NCBI GenBank assembly: GCA_950097015.1
Contig: CATNEN010000001.1
Location: 25,234,001-25,298,000, forward strand
Direction: 5' to 3'
DNA: 64,000 nt
Source: Macrostomum hystrix
Taxonomy: Eukaryota > Animalia > Platyhelminthes
The notes beneath the pieces were generated by a model that was given only the letters and a program-made list of their open reading frames with translations, made no database searches and was not told the origin of the DNA. A program made the position numbers and the translations under genes. Positions 50,126-61,601 of this stretch are shown here, one piece after another; positions within the stretch are counted from its first letter, which is position 1; every line of letters begins with the position of its first letter.

Positions 50126-53100
50126 TCAGCGGAACACCAAGCCTGAGCAGTTCAACGCCTTGTCAATCCACAGCCTGGCACGGTCTTTGCCAACCAGACG
50201 GAGCAAACGGAAATAGACGGGCTTCTCGACGTTCAAGGATGTACTGGCGATGCTGTCAAGCGCGGCCTGCTTCGCCGCTCCGGTCAGCAAGAAGGCAACT
50301 TCATTGGAGCGAGCAATTTCACTGGCCGCCAGGCTGACACGGAGCTGCGGTGCCTGCGGAGAAGAAGTGAATCGCGCCGACTGGCTGAGACAATCGGTTG
50401 ACAATGACAAACTGCAGTCGATTCCGCTCAAGTCCCGATCAGTAAACAGTGACGCTGCGTGGCCGTCAGCTCCGACGCCGAGGACGACAAAGTCGAAGCC
50501 GCTGCGGTCTCGCAGCCACAGGTTGACCTCGCTGGAGTAAGCAGCGGAGGCAGCCCTGCAGTCGGCAGCATCTTCGCTGGCAGGTCGGGGGAAATGCAGC
50601 CGACTGACTGGCAGCCTCGCAGCCGCAGGCAGCAGGTGCAGGAAGTACCGATCGATTACAGCGGAGTTTAGGCTGGAGCTCTTCAGCTTAGCAGCGTCCG
50701 GATCTGATGGATGCAGCGAAATTATTCTGTGAAATATTGGATGGCTTCTAGTTTGAATGAACCTTGAGCACACACGTAAACAGGTTTGAGTGAGTGCATG
50801 AGTACGGTATACGATTGTGTGCTCAGAAGTTAGTGGAATCAGCAGAATTGCCTCCTCGCTGGCTGCGGGTCTACAGTCACTAATATTTTGACCCAAATTT
50901 CTAACTGCAGCTGACTACATGAAAGCAATAGAGAATTTAGTGTTTTGCTTAACAATAGAGGGACCACAGGGATATTTGAAATACCAACATTTAATTAGTT
51001 GTCCTTATCATCAGGGTCTTCGACAAGAATCGTTGAATATCCCGACGATGCTCTAGTGTTCATCGTAAAGGGCGGAAAATTTAGATCCAGATGGTGGACT
51101 TTCACGAAAATCGGTCATTCGGTTTGGGAGCAGCAGTGAAGCACGTAGTGTGAATTTGACATACCCCGTGTTCTACTGTTAAGGACTTAAATGGCTTCTG
51201 AGATTAGAACTCGTGACGTCTCTCTATCTATTTGCAGGGGGCCCGGGGCACTTGTCGCACAAGCGACGGAGCGGCACGCCCCCAGACCGGCGAACTAGGC
51301 GCTTAAGCGCCCATTGCGCCGCTTCCCCTGAGCAGGCACCACACACAACAGCACAGACCAGCCGGGGAGGGCAGGAGGCACCCAGAATAGGCAGCAGTGT
51401 CCCCCACCCCAGCCCCGCACGCACAGAGCAGACCAAGCCGGGGCGGAAGGCTGATAAGAAATCAGTCCTCAGGGGGGGGCCGGGTGATGAGTGTACACTT
51501 ATCCAATCGCGCTGACGGAAGTCCAGAAAGCGCGCGGCGGTGTACACCCGCCCTCCAGCCACTCCCCGCAAGGTCTCACGCCCCAGCTCCAACGCACACA
51601 ACTCACGCAACGCAGAACAGGCACACAGAAGGTAGGAGCGAAGCTATTATTTCAAGCTTTGATTGCACGAAATATGGTGCACCTCCGCCGGTTGCTACTG
51701 TCCAAACCCCCCAACAAGTCCCGAAATTAATCGTGACTTGAAGGGTGAATCGAACTAGCGTCCTTTGGAGTGCGAGGCAGCGACGTTAGCCTCTGACCCA
51801 CTCGCCCCAACTCGTGACGTCTACCTCTGGGCTAATCGAATGGAGAAGTCAGACTCACCATCCAGGACACATCTCTCATCAGTCAGCCAGATGTGCACAA
51901 TGTGGCCAATAGCGTCCGCAAGGCTTCCATCGTCTCGAGCCATTGTGGCCAGCGACTGCATCAGAAGCTGCGCCGATTGGCCACCGGGCAGGGCCAGGTG
52001 AAAGTCGGGGTGCTCATCGCCGTGAGAGCCCGCAGCTGCTTTGATTTTCAAAGCGATTCGTTCAGCCAACTGACTCGATAAGGACTGAGGAGTGCCGCTG
52101 TGAATCAGGAAGGAGCAGTCTTCCAGTCCATCGCACAATGTCCGGTCGAAGCGAACCCGCCTCGGAGACGCTGATCCTCTGGCACTTGTTGTCGCGTGTG
52201 CACCAGCAGCGGCGCTGGACACCGTGACTTTCGGCTCCGCCGACCAGTCAAGACGACCCAGACGATCAACGGTGAAGTCTGGCAGCCAGTTGGGCTGGTA
52301 AACACGAAACTGTGGGACAGGGTTGAGTTTTTTTTCAGGGAAACCTTCAGTCTAAATTAATAAATTAATGTTTAATTAGTGTAATACTGGCCTTATAATT
52401 TACAAAATAATTAAAGCTACTAAACATTAATACTTTAATTTTGGGCGCAGCCGCGGAGAGAAGACTTGGAGGCTTGTCGTGCAATCTTCGCCCTTGAGAG
52501 CAAACCTCCAAGAAAAAGTGAAAGTGTACACTGCCTGATGATGAGAAAGTCAGGGAGATGTACACACCTGTGTGAGCGTCTGCTTGCTCTGCTTTCTCCT
52601 TGGAACACACACGCACACACGCACATTGCTCCTCCCAATGTGGCCTCGCCGCAGAATCGAGCTCAGGGACCTTGGTGCAAGAGGCGAACGAATTAGTATC
52701 TATCTACGAGTAGTCTGTAAGGTACGTGTAGAGAAGTAGGTAGGGTAGACGCGGCCACAGATAATATACAACTAGATTGGTCACTCAGTTAATTTTATCT
52801 CACACTACTCTTAGGACCAGCCATCAGTAGCAAAAATAGCCAAAAAAAAATCAAGTTTGCAAATTTGTAAAATAGTCTTTTGATAGCAAGAAACTTGATA
52901 TGCATGAGCACACTATGCATTTATTTCTGACATCAATGTATATTGTATTATTCGAATCGCTGTAAGCTCTAAATCCAGCTCAAGAATTCCTTTCCATCGA
53001 GTAGCCACCGCGTCATCGGCTGGGAATCTGTGCATTCGCACTGGAGTTCTGGTATCGCCAGTGTATGCTTGAGCTGTATTTGTGCAAGTGGCTGCATAAC

Positions 53101-56100
53101 ACATTTTTTGAACTGAATGTAAAATTTTGCGTCGCCATGGCCCAGGACAAAGGAAGGACAAGAAATTGGGCTTGGTCAAATACTCTTAAAACAATTAAGA
53201 GGAACGCAACGCTTATATTGAGATTGGTTCACAAGACGCATAGTGCTTGCACAACCATTCACCCTTCCCTCCCTCCCCTCAGTGCGGCTTCGTTGGCTTC
53301 TACATGTACGATGTACTAAAGTTAGGGTAGGGCAAATCTATGCTAGAGCTAGAGGGCTTTGGGCTTGCACTGTTTGTTGTACAGCCCTCGGCCTCCACCC
53401 ATCCACCCCTCCAAACTCCAACCCTTCAGTGCGCCCTTATTGGCTCCTACAAAAGAAGCAGGGCAAAGCTATGCAATAGCTGGAGGGCTTTGGGCTTGCA
53501 CTGTTTGTTGTACAGCCCTCGGCCTCCACCCATCCACCCCTCCAAACTCCAACCCTTCAGTGCGCCCTTATTGGCTCCTACAAAAGAAGCAGGGCAAAGC
53601 TATGCAATAGCTGGAGGGTTTGTACAGCCCTCGGCCTCCACCTTCACCCCTCCACAGTGCTATAGGCTAGCAAGAGGGTTGAAAGGGGAAGCGTGTTACT
53701 GGAAATTCAGGCTAGCGAAAACTTAGCTTAAAGTCAGGCATGTACATTGTATGTATGCTTGAAAACGTCATTCCCCTATTACATTTATTTTAGTCACTGA
53801 TATTTTTTGTTGTAATTTGCATTTACACTACCGTCCTAAGAGTAGTATCCATTTTGGACCCACAGCGAGATGGAGACTGACCAATCTAGTTATATATTAT
53901 CTGTGGACGTGGCATGAATCCCTAAACCCCAAATGCACAAGCCTTCACTGCAACCTTCGCACCGTGGCTGCTGCATCGCAGGCCATGAGCGACTGCTACC
54001 GCAGTGAGTTGAGTCAGTTCGGCATCCACGTGGCTGCCAGGTGACTTGTTGAGTTCTCCTACATCGGCTGCTTCGTTGACAACCCTGACAGAGCCTTGAA
54101 CGGACAGAGTTGCGTCAGCAGCATCGGTGGGCTCGAAGTCGTCGAAGCCAGCCACATTGACTCATCCAGCAACTCGCGCGAGTTCTGCAGCAGCGTCTGC
54201 TCACTGGGCGGCTTCCCCTACTTCAGTGTGCAAAACGGATCGAACTGCCTGTGCGGCAACTCATTCGGGTCGCATGGAAGAGCCGGTGAGAGTGACTGCA
54301 ACATGACGTGCACTGGAAACCCGCTGCAGAAGTGCGGATCAGTCTGGAGGAACTCTGTGTTCGCCCTCACCTATCCCAGAAAGTCGCCTTTCCATTCGTC
54401 ATAAAATCTAACGGCCCCCGAAACGTCTCAATTCACCTTCATTTTAGTGAAAAAACATTTTCAAGCCGGCGCCAAGGCCAGATAAGACTGTGGAAGCCAC
54501 TCAGCAGACATTCTGGACGGTCCCGGCCTTGGTCGAGCTCGAATGCCTGTTTCAGTGCGAGGCCAAGGCTGCCGACTGTCAGGCTGTGATCTTCTCAGGC
54601 CAGCAGCAGCTGTGCCACCTGCTCAGGTTCGCCTACCCGCCTGCCAACCTGAGCAGCTCAGCTGGAGACTACTACCTGCGTGGCTGATCCCATTCGTGTG
54701 GAAAGCATAGAAACTCATGCCTAAAATTATGTGACACTTCTGTCAACTCAAAATGCTAAACATTGAGCACTGACATTGATGTTTAAAACAACCGTGTTAA
54801 GATAAAAAATGTTTGAAATCACTTGTTTTTTTTATTCAGCAACCAAAATAAACCAACGAGCGACAGTTTTGATATTCACGTTTCACGTCACTACCGGTAT
54901 GCTTACCGTCTGTCTTGTTTATTATTTACACTGTCTCTAGCAGACAACCAATGTCTCTGATCTCTCCAACCAATGTCTCTGATCTCTCCAACCAATGTCT
55001 CTGATCACTCCAACCAATGTCTCTGATCTCTCCAACCAATGTCTCTCTGATCTCTCCAACGAATGTCTCTGATCTCTCCAACCAATGTCTCTCTGATCTC
55101 TCCAACCAATGTCTCTGATCTCTCCAACCAATGTCTCTGATCTCTCCAACCAATGTCTCTCTGATCTCTCCAACCAATGTCTCTGATCTCTCCAACGAAT
55201 GTCTCTGATCTCTCCAACCAATGTCTCTCTGATCTCTCCAACCAATGTCTCTGATCTCTCCAACCAATGTCTCTGATCTCTCCAACCAATGTCTCTCTGA
55301 TCTCTCCAACCAATGTCTCTCTGATCTCTCCAACCAATGTCTCTGATCTCTCCAACCAATGTCTCTGATCTCTCCAACCAATGTCTCTGATCTCTCCAAC
55401 CAATGTCTCTCTGATCTTTCTTGGGATAAACCCACGAAGGTCTCCGCCATCAGCGCCACCGAGAAGACGGATGGCAATGGATGGACGGAAGTCAGCGGCT
55501 TGTCTTCCTTGGCGTTCGCATAGGCAAACGCGATAGACCACTCTGCCACTCAGCCCACTTAACATCAACAATCACAGCATATCAAAACTAACCCCATTTT
55601 CATCATCATCGCTGACTGGCAACTCGGCCGCAGCCGCCAGCACTGGGTCCCACAGTTGCCACGCGGCCAGCAGGCTGGGCAGGCCGACAAAGCAGGAGGA
55701 AGCAGCCGATGCCTTCTTGGCCAGCAGTTGCTTAGCAACCTGAACGTAGGCGTTCTCAGAAGCGGATTTTGAGACGCTGAAAAAGTTGTATTGAGTAACC
55801 GGAAGCCGAAGCAATCCAGACTTGTCCTGATCGCGGAGTTCCGGGTGTACGAGGGCCTCGTTGCTAGGCAACGCATGAAGATCGGCAGAGGCGCTGCACC
55901 GCAGCCCGGCAGAGCAGGCGATCAGAGGTCGCGCTAGTCCCGTGGCCTTGGCATTTCCGCCGATGTAGACAAGCAGTTCGTCTTCCTGGCTGCGACCAGT
56001 GGCGGGAGCTGGCAGCTGGAATGTCAGCCGGATGAAGGAGGCCTTGAAGGCAAGCCGTTTGCCAGCCGAGGCAACGATGGGCACTGAATGCCACCTGGCG

Positions 56101-58727
56101 CGGCCGCAAAATGTCAGGCCGACAGCGGCAAAGGTTGGCGTCGATCGGGAGCCACCGTAGCCAGAGTATCGTCCAGCCAGGAGGTGCCGAGCCGCAACCG
56201 GCGGACAGTAGGCAGTCAGGAGGCGCGACTTTTCGTTCTCCAGCCAATCGGGTGGAGGCGGAGACTGGGAGGGTGGCAGCTCCATCAGCACCAAGGTGAG
56301 CATCTCAGTCAGGTGGTTTTGCATCACGTCGCGAATGACGCCCTCGCTGTCGTAGAAGTCGAGACGATCTGAGATGCGGGATTCGGATTCAATACGGTTC
56401 GGCTTGCATACCAGAACTGTTATGGGATTTCGCCAAGTTGACGAGGATAATTAGGATAACTGAGGGGATAATTTAGTAACTGAAGCGGATAATTTGGTAA
56501 CTAAGGAGGATATTTTGGTAACTAAAGAGGATATTTTGGTAACTAAGGAGGATATTTTGGTAACTAAGGAGGATATTTTGGTAACTAAGGATGATAATTT
56601 GGTTACTAAGGAAGGTAATTTGGTTACTAAGGAGGGCAATTTGGTTACTAAGGAGGGAAATTTGGTTACTAAGGAGGGTAATTTGGTTACTAAGGAGGGT
56701 AATTTGGTTACTAAGGAGGGTAATTTGGTTACTAAGGAGGGTAATTTGGTTACTAAGGAGGGTAATTTGGTTACTAAGGAGGGTAATTTGGTTATTAAGG
56801 AGGGTAATTTGGGGACTGAACGGGTAATTTGGTGACTGAAGGGGTAATTTGGTGACTGAAAGGGTAATTTGGTGACTGAAAGGGTAATTTGGTGACTGAA
56901 GGGGTAATTTGGTGACTGAAGGGGTAATTTGGTGACTGAGGGGGGTAATTTGGTAACTTAGGAGGTGGGGTAATTAAGTAACAGAAGAGTTAGATTTATT
57001 TACTCAATTTTCCTCATGGGGGTTGAAGTTGCATATTTTTTTTACTCTAAATGAACATTCATGTAGCCGTATTCAGAATAAAGAAAGACGTAGAGGGGTT
57101 TGCATTACGCAACCAAGATCCCTGAGCTCGATTCCGCGGCGAGGCCACATTGAGGGCTAACCCATAAGGCGCTGTGAGAGTGTACACTGCCTGAAGATGA
57201 GCAGTACATGTGTGAGTGTGTGCCTGTGTACGGTATCTGTTTGAGTTTATGCTTCGGAGTCAGCGAAACGAGCAGAATTGTTTCTTCTCGTTGGCTGTGG
57301 GTCGACTGTCACAGCATCATGATTATTATTAATATAAGCTAACTACAATGCATGCATAAAATCTTCACGTACGTAAATTTGGATCGAAATAAAGTTTTGA
57401 ATTACCTTCAACGCCCAAATTCTCCCAGATGGCTGCTTCAACGCGAATTACATAGGCCGACGATAGCAATGACTCCAAAGCCGGATTTGCCTGACTGAAC
57501 TCGGAAAGAGGGGTTTGGCGGGTGTTCATAAAGGCGCCATGGCTGGCGGGAATGGGGTAAAGGTTTTCTCGATTTATTTTTCAGGCCAAGCCGGGCTAGC
57601 CCACGTACATCAATGTACATGCATGCTTAGGCAGACAACCCCACCACCCTTCCTCAAACACAAGCAGAGCCGCCATCTAACGGCTAAGGATGGGATGAGA
57701 TAGAAAAATCTGACCAATCAGCAAAGTGCATTTAAGGAATGTACATTTTCGTTAATCAAAGGCTACAGTTGCCGCGGAAATCTATTAATATCTCATCCCC
57801 TCCGTGCCCATCTTGTTCGTTATTTCACTCCCTATCTCTCCCAATGTACGCTTGCTGGTAGCGTTATCGATTTTTCTGTGCCCTTCCTGACATTTTATGT
57901 ACTTGTGCGCGCCCCGCCACCCCATTCTCTTATCTCCAAAATTCACCCACCCCAAATATAAGCGGCTAAAAGGCCGGCTTATCGAAGTGTTTTGATTTCT
58001 GTCACGCTGTTTTACCGTATTCTGTATTTTACTCTTTTTTGCATGCCGTTCAAATTTCACTAATATAGTCACAAACGTGAGACAATATTGAAGAGAGGGT
58101 GTTGGACGAGCAATGAAGAAGCGCTGCTCACCGGAACTGGGTGAGTCCGGCCAGAACTGGCTTGGCCAGGTAGTGATCCACCCGGTGCAGCCTGTCCTCC
58201 GTGACGCCGGCTGCCGACAGCTCGCTGGCCAGCTGCTCAGCCGATGCAGCACTGGAGCCGAATGGCTTCTCCAGCACGAAGTCGCTGGCGGGACTGCCAG
58301 GCGCAGGCGGGCAGGCCCGCTGCAAAGCTCTGGCTACTTGAGCGTATGAACGCGGTGGTATGGACAGGTAAAAAATACGACGGCTGGGAACGGCCTCCGC
58401 CTGACTGCACAGACTGCGATAGCCGGCCTCGTCGCCAACTCCTGAGTGCAGGCGGACATTGGCGAAGAACCAGTCGCGCAAGCCGGGCTCAGCTGTGGCC
58501 AGAAAGGTGCCGGGATTCGCCGAGCTCAGGCTGCCTCTGGTGACGCAGTGCAGCTGCAACGGCTGGTCTGGCTGCTGCTGCCACACCCGGTGAAAAGCAG
58601 GCCATAGGTACCGCTGAGCCAGGTCGCCATTGCAGCCTAGGATAAATACATCGGTCTTCAAGGTGCTGCCGTCAGCTGCGACAGTTAGTAAGGCCGGCAA
58701 CAGCAACTGCAGCAGTGATAGCACCAT
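50126..58727 (-). CDS. H6PD: ER-luminal bifunctional hexose-6-phosphate dehydrogenase / 6-phosphogluconolactonase; exons 58132-58727, 57406-57494, 55593-56368, 51825-52309, 50126-50726 (~848 aa)
   Basis: Signal peptide. G6PD motifs GCNGDLA, EKPFG, RVDHYLAK, GVIRDVMQNHL, TPTFAA and SAGKRL. 6PGL motifs FHLALPGG, IWLTDERCV and LGVGADGHAASLF. Exon phases are consistent; the acceptor of the last exon and the exact start are less certain. Confidence 0.92.
51222..51808 (-). mobile_element. tRNA-derived SINE family 1, second copy, in H6PD intron 4
   Basis: Nearly identical to 34405-34997, with a 14-bp TSD AACTCGTGACGTCT (51208-51221 / 51809-51822). Confidence 0.88.
52430..52695. mobile_element. SINE family 2 copy, internally inverted
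   Basis: The body is on + (52430-~52600) and the tRNA head is on - (52637-52695). Confidence 0.65.
52913..53115 (-). pseudogene. THAP zinc-finger fragment (probable DNA-transposon relic)
   Basis: VQKMCYAATCTN...MHRFPADDAVATRW matches the THAP C-x4-C...FP...W pattern, but the C-terminal CxxH is not in frame. Confidence 0.55.
53352..53655. repeat. 131-bp tandem duplication (~2.3 copies)
   Basis: GAGGGCTTTGGGCTTGCACTG... at 53352 and 53483, with a partial copy at ~53614. Confidence 0.85.
54045..54687 (+). pseudogene. WSC + PAN domain gene remnant, nested antisense in H6PD intron 3
   Basis: WSC motif YIGCFVD...FCSSVC...YFSVQNGSNCLCGN...CNMTCTGNPLQKCG, then PAN-like ECLFQC...CQAVIF...CHL. In-frame TGA at 54042, a donor-like site reading GAAAGT instead of GTAAGT (~54379), and a frame mismatch after the acceptor at 54447. 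Confidence 0.65.
54945..55415. repeat. 22/24-bp minisatellite
   Basis: CCAATGTCTC(TC)TGATCTCTCCAA units. Confidence 0.93.
56465..56960. repeat. 20-21-bp minisatellite (H6PD intron 2)
   Basis: GGTAATTTGGTTACTAAGGAG units. Confidence 0.92.
57095..57332 (+). mobile_element. SINE family 2 copy with internal deletion
   Basis: Head CCTGAGCTCGATTCCGCGGCGAGGCCACATT, 3' body and ATT tail. Confidence 0.65.
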
Positions 58728-58787
58728 CAAAATATGCTGAGCTAATTTCCAAGAATCCTAAGGTGAGATATTTGATGCAGGGTTTAT

Positions 58788-59045
58788 AGGAGGTTGTAGC
58801 CTAGTGGTTAGAGCACTGGTTCGATTTCCGACTCCCAACTGGAAGAACAATTTGTGCCCATAAGCAAGAAATTTAACTCTGCATTGCTTCAGTTCAGTTC
58901 ACCCAGCTGTTAAATGAGTACCAGCATTATCTGGGGCGATTGAGGGTGGGTGTGGCGTCCAACCAGTCCATGGACTGAACAGCCGTACGCAGTGTTCAGA
59001 TGCACCTCGCAACAGCTGCGGCTGACCGAATGGGGCAGGTTTAAT
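58788..59045 (+). mobile_element. tRNA-derived SINE family 3 (central CACCCAGCTGTTAAATGRGTACC domain)
   Basis: A-box TAGCCTAGTGG and B-box GGTTCGATT. Related segments lie at 2790-2960 (+) and 62030-62460 (-). Confidence 0.7.
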
Positions 59046-60859
59046 CAGTTAATTTTAATTGATGCCGCATAAAGACCGGACTATACGTAAAAATCAATAA
59101 AAGAAACTGGTTTTTACTTTAATTTTGCTATTCTGAATAACGGCATTTATTGCTTGGGTTGAAACGAGGTTGAAGTCATTTGAGCTTTTCCAACTGTTTT
59201 TTAAACTGTTCTTTGAACCACGTTGTAGGAATAAAAAGAACAGATATGCAGCCGACAGCACAGCCGAAGCTATTGCGTCTGAAAGCCCATGGACAATGGA
59301 GGGAGGACAGAAATTGTTCCATTGAAGTCGGGAATCGAACCCCCGACCATCGGGTCGTGATTCCCATTCGTAACGGTTTGCATCTCGGCATTATGAAACA
59401 GACACCGTAATTTAAAAACAATGAAAAAGAAACTGATGAGGCCCTACCTGGTTTGTCAACTGCACCGTCATTTTTAACTCCTTGCAACTGTTAGTAGGGC
59501 ATCCAGTTTCTTTTAATCATAAAATAAAAATCCAAATATTTATCGACCTGGAAATAGTGCAATTCATATATTTAATGTATGTAAAGCTAATTATTAATTT
59601 CAAAGATTTTATTAGTAAAGGAAACGGTGTGCTTTATTGATAAAGCAGCAAATAAATTTCACAAGTTCATTGTCAACTAACTAAATGATTTTTAGGACAA
59701 TTTTTTTCGAACAGACACACACGAAGATGGCAGTAAGTTTTTTATTTCTATTTTTGGTTTAGTTTATAAAGGGGTGTACAAACCGCAGCAAAATCGTTAA
59801 AACGAAAAAATGAAAAAAAAAATGACAAAGACCTAATTTTTTAAATAGGTGAATATTGATTGCGAACACGAACTTCTGGACTCACCGACCGAACTGAATA
59901 TGCAGCATTATGATCAGAAACAATAGCCGACACGGTTACATGATGAAATTTTGTGAGTAGAAAAACTATGCCTATATTAGCGGTCTTTTGCCACCAAGAC
60001 ACCCACGACGAGAATTGTTGAATATCTCGACGAGGGCCGATGTTTTGTGATTCCGGAAGTTGTTTCATCGGAGAGAGTGGTAAAAATTGATCCGTGTTCT
60101 GGACTTACAAGGCGATCGGTTCAATATATTGTGAGACACAGAAAAAAACGTGGGTAGTGGTATTTCTACGGTCAAAGCAGGACACACAATTTCCTGCATA
60201 AAACTATATCTAAAACAGGTAAACAAAAATCTTTATTCTGGAAAATGTGTACAGCCTCAAAGATTGTTTGAAAACGATGAAACTAAAAACTAAAATTAAC
60301 CGATTTGTTACAGAACAGCAGCGTTTTACTCGGGTACAATAATCAACAACAAAAAAATCAAACAATAAGCATTACGTTAAATCATTCTGATTGGCTGGAA
60401 AGTTAAACAAAATTGATCGTTTCAAATAAGGAAGTGTTTTAAATCATAGGAAGCGCTTAAAGTATCGATAAACTGGAATACTCAACACCGTTCACACAGA
60501 TTTCTGCATTATAAAAAGTTGCTGAAATTGATAGATAAACTGTTTCGTTGGAAAATATTATTAAAGTTACATTGAAATCGTTACTTCTTTAGGTTCGTCG
60601 AAAAAAAAACATGAGCAGGACACGATCTTAATTCGTTAATTAATGAATAAATATTGATAATATGGAAATAATCGATACACTGAGGAATATATAGTATCGC
60701 CTTAGTGAAACAAGTCAAGAACAGATTAAATTATATTGAGATCATTATTAGTTATCATTTTACCAAGTGTATATACATTTTTATAAGAAACCAATCCAGG
60801 GTTTAAAAAGATTTGAGAATTATTTCTAACCTTTTAAGTAAGCAGCTGGAAATTCTTCT

Positions 60860-61487
60860 CTTGATTGGCTTTTGTCTATGGTCGAATGGACTTCTATGGC
60901 AGTGACTGGTACTGCAGTGAATAAGTGGATTCTCAGCTTGATTGGCTTTTGTCTATGGTCGAATGTACTTCTATGGCCGTGACTGCTAATGCAGTGAATA
61001 AGTGGACTCTCAGCTTGATTGGCTTTTGTCTATGGTCGAATGGACTTCTATGGCAGTGACTGCTACTGCAGTGAATAAGTGGACTCTCAGCTTGATTGGC
61101 TTTTGTCTATGGTCGAATGTACTTCTATGGCAGTGACTGGTACTGCAGTGAATAAGTGGATTCTCAGCTTGATTGGCTTTTGTCTATGGTCGAATGTACT
61201 TCTATGGCCGTGACTGCTAATGCAGTGAATAAGTGGACTCTCAGCTTGATTGGCTTTTGTCTATGGTCGAATGGACTTCTATGGCAGTGACTGCTACTGC
61301 AGTGAATAAGTGGACTCTCAGCTTGATTGGCTTTTGTCTATGGTCGAATGTACTTCTATGGCAGTGACTGCTACTGCAGTGAATAAGTGGACTCTCAGCT
61401 TGACTGGCTTTTGTCTATGGTCGAATGTACTTCTATGGCAGTGACTGCTACTGCAGTGAATAAGTGGACTCTCAGCTTGATTGGCTT
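60860..61487. repeat. 77-bp tandem repeat, ~8 copies
   Basis: TTGATTGGCTTTTGTCTATGGTCGAATG... at 60861, 60938, 61015 and onward. Confidence 0.93.
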
Positions 61488-61601
61488 AATTCTAGACTTG
61501 ACTGACAAAAGCGATACAAAGAATAGACAGATAGAACCAGCCGAAAAATGAATTGATTAATAATGTGAGTAATATCAGGTGTTCATTATTGGCAAGTCGG
61601 C

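Noticed and set aside
55420-55550. Extra H6PD exon
   Set aside because: The phase-0 reading after the nearest AG hits a stop, and the 55593>52309 join already matches H6PD.
59320-59375. tRNA genes (B-box-like motifs here and at ~14810, ~26420, ~62400)
   Set aside because: No complete cloverleaf is evident; they are better explained as SINE heads.
60860-61487. CRISPR-like array (also considered for the 33-, 40- and 59-bp arrays)
   Set aside because: Head-to-tail repeats with no unique spacers, no cas genes, and a eukaryotic context.
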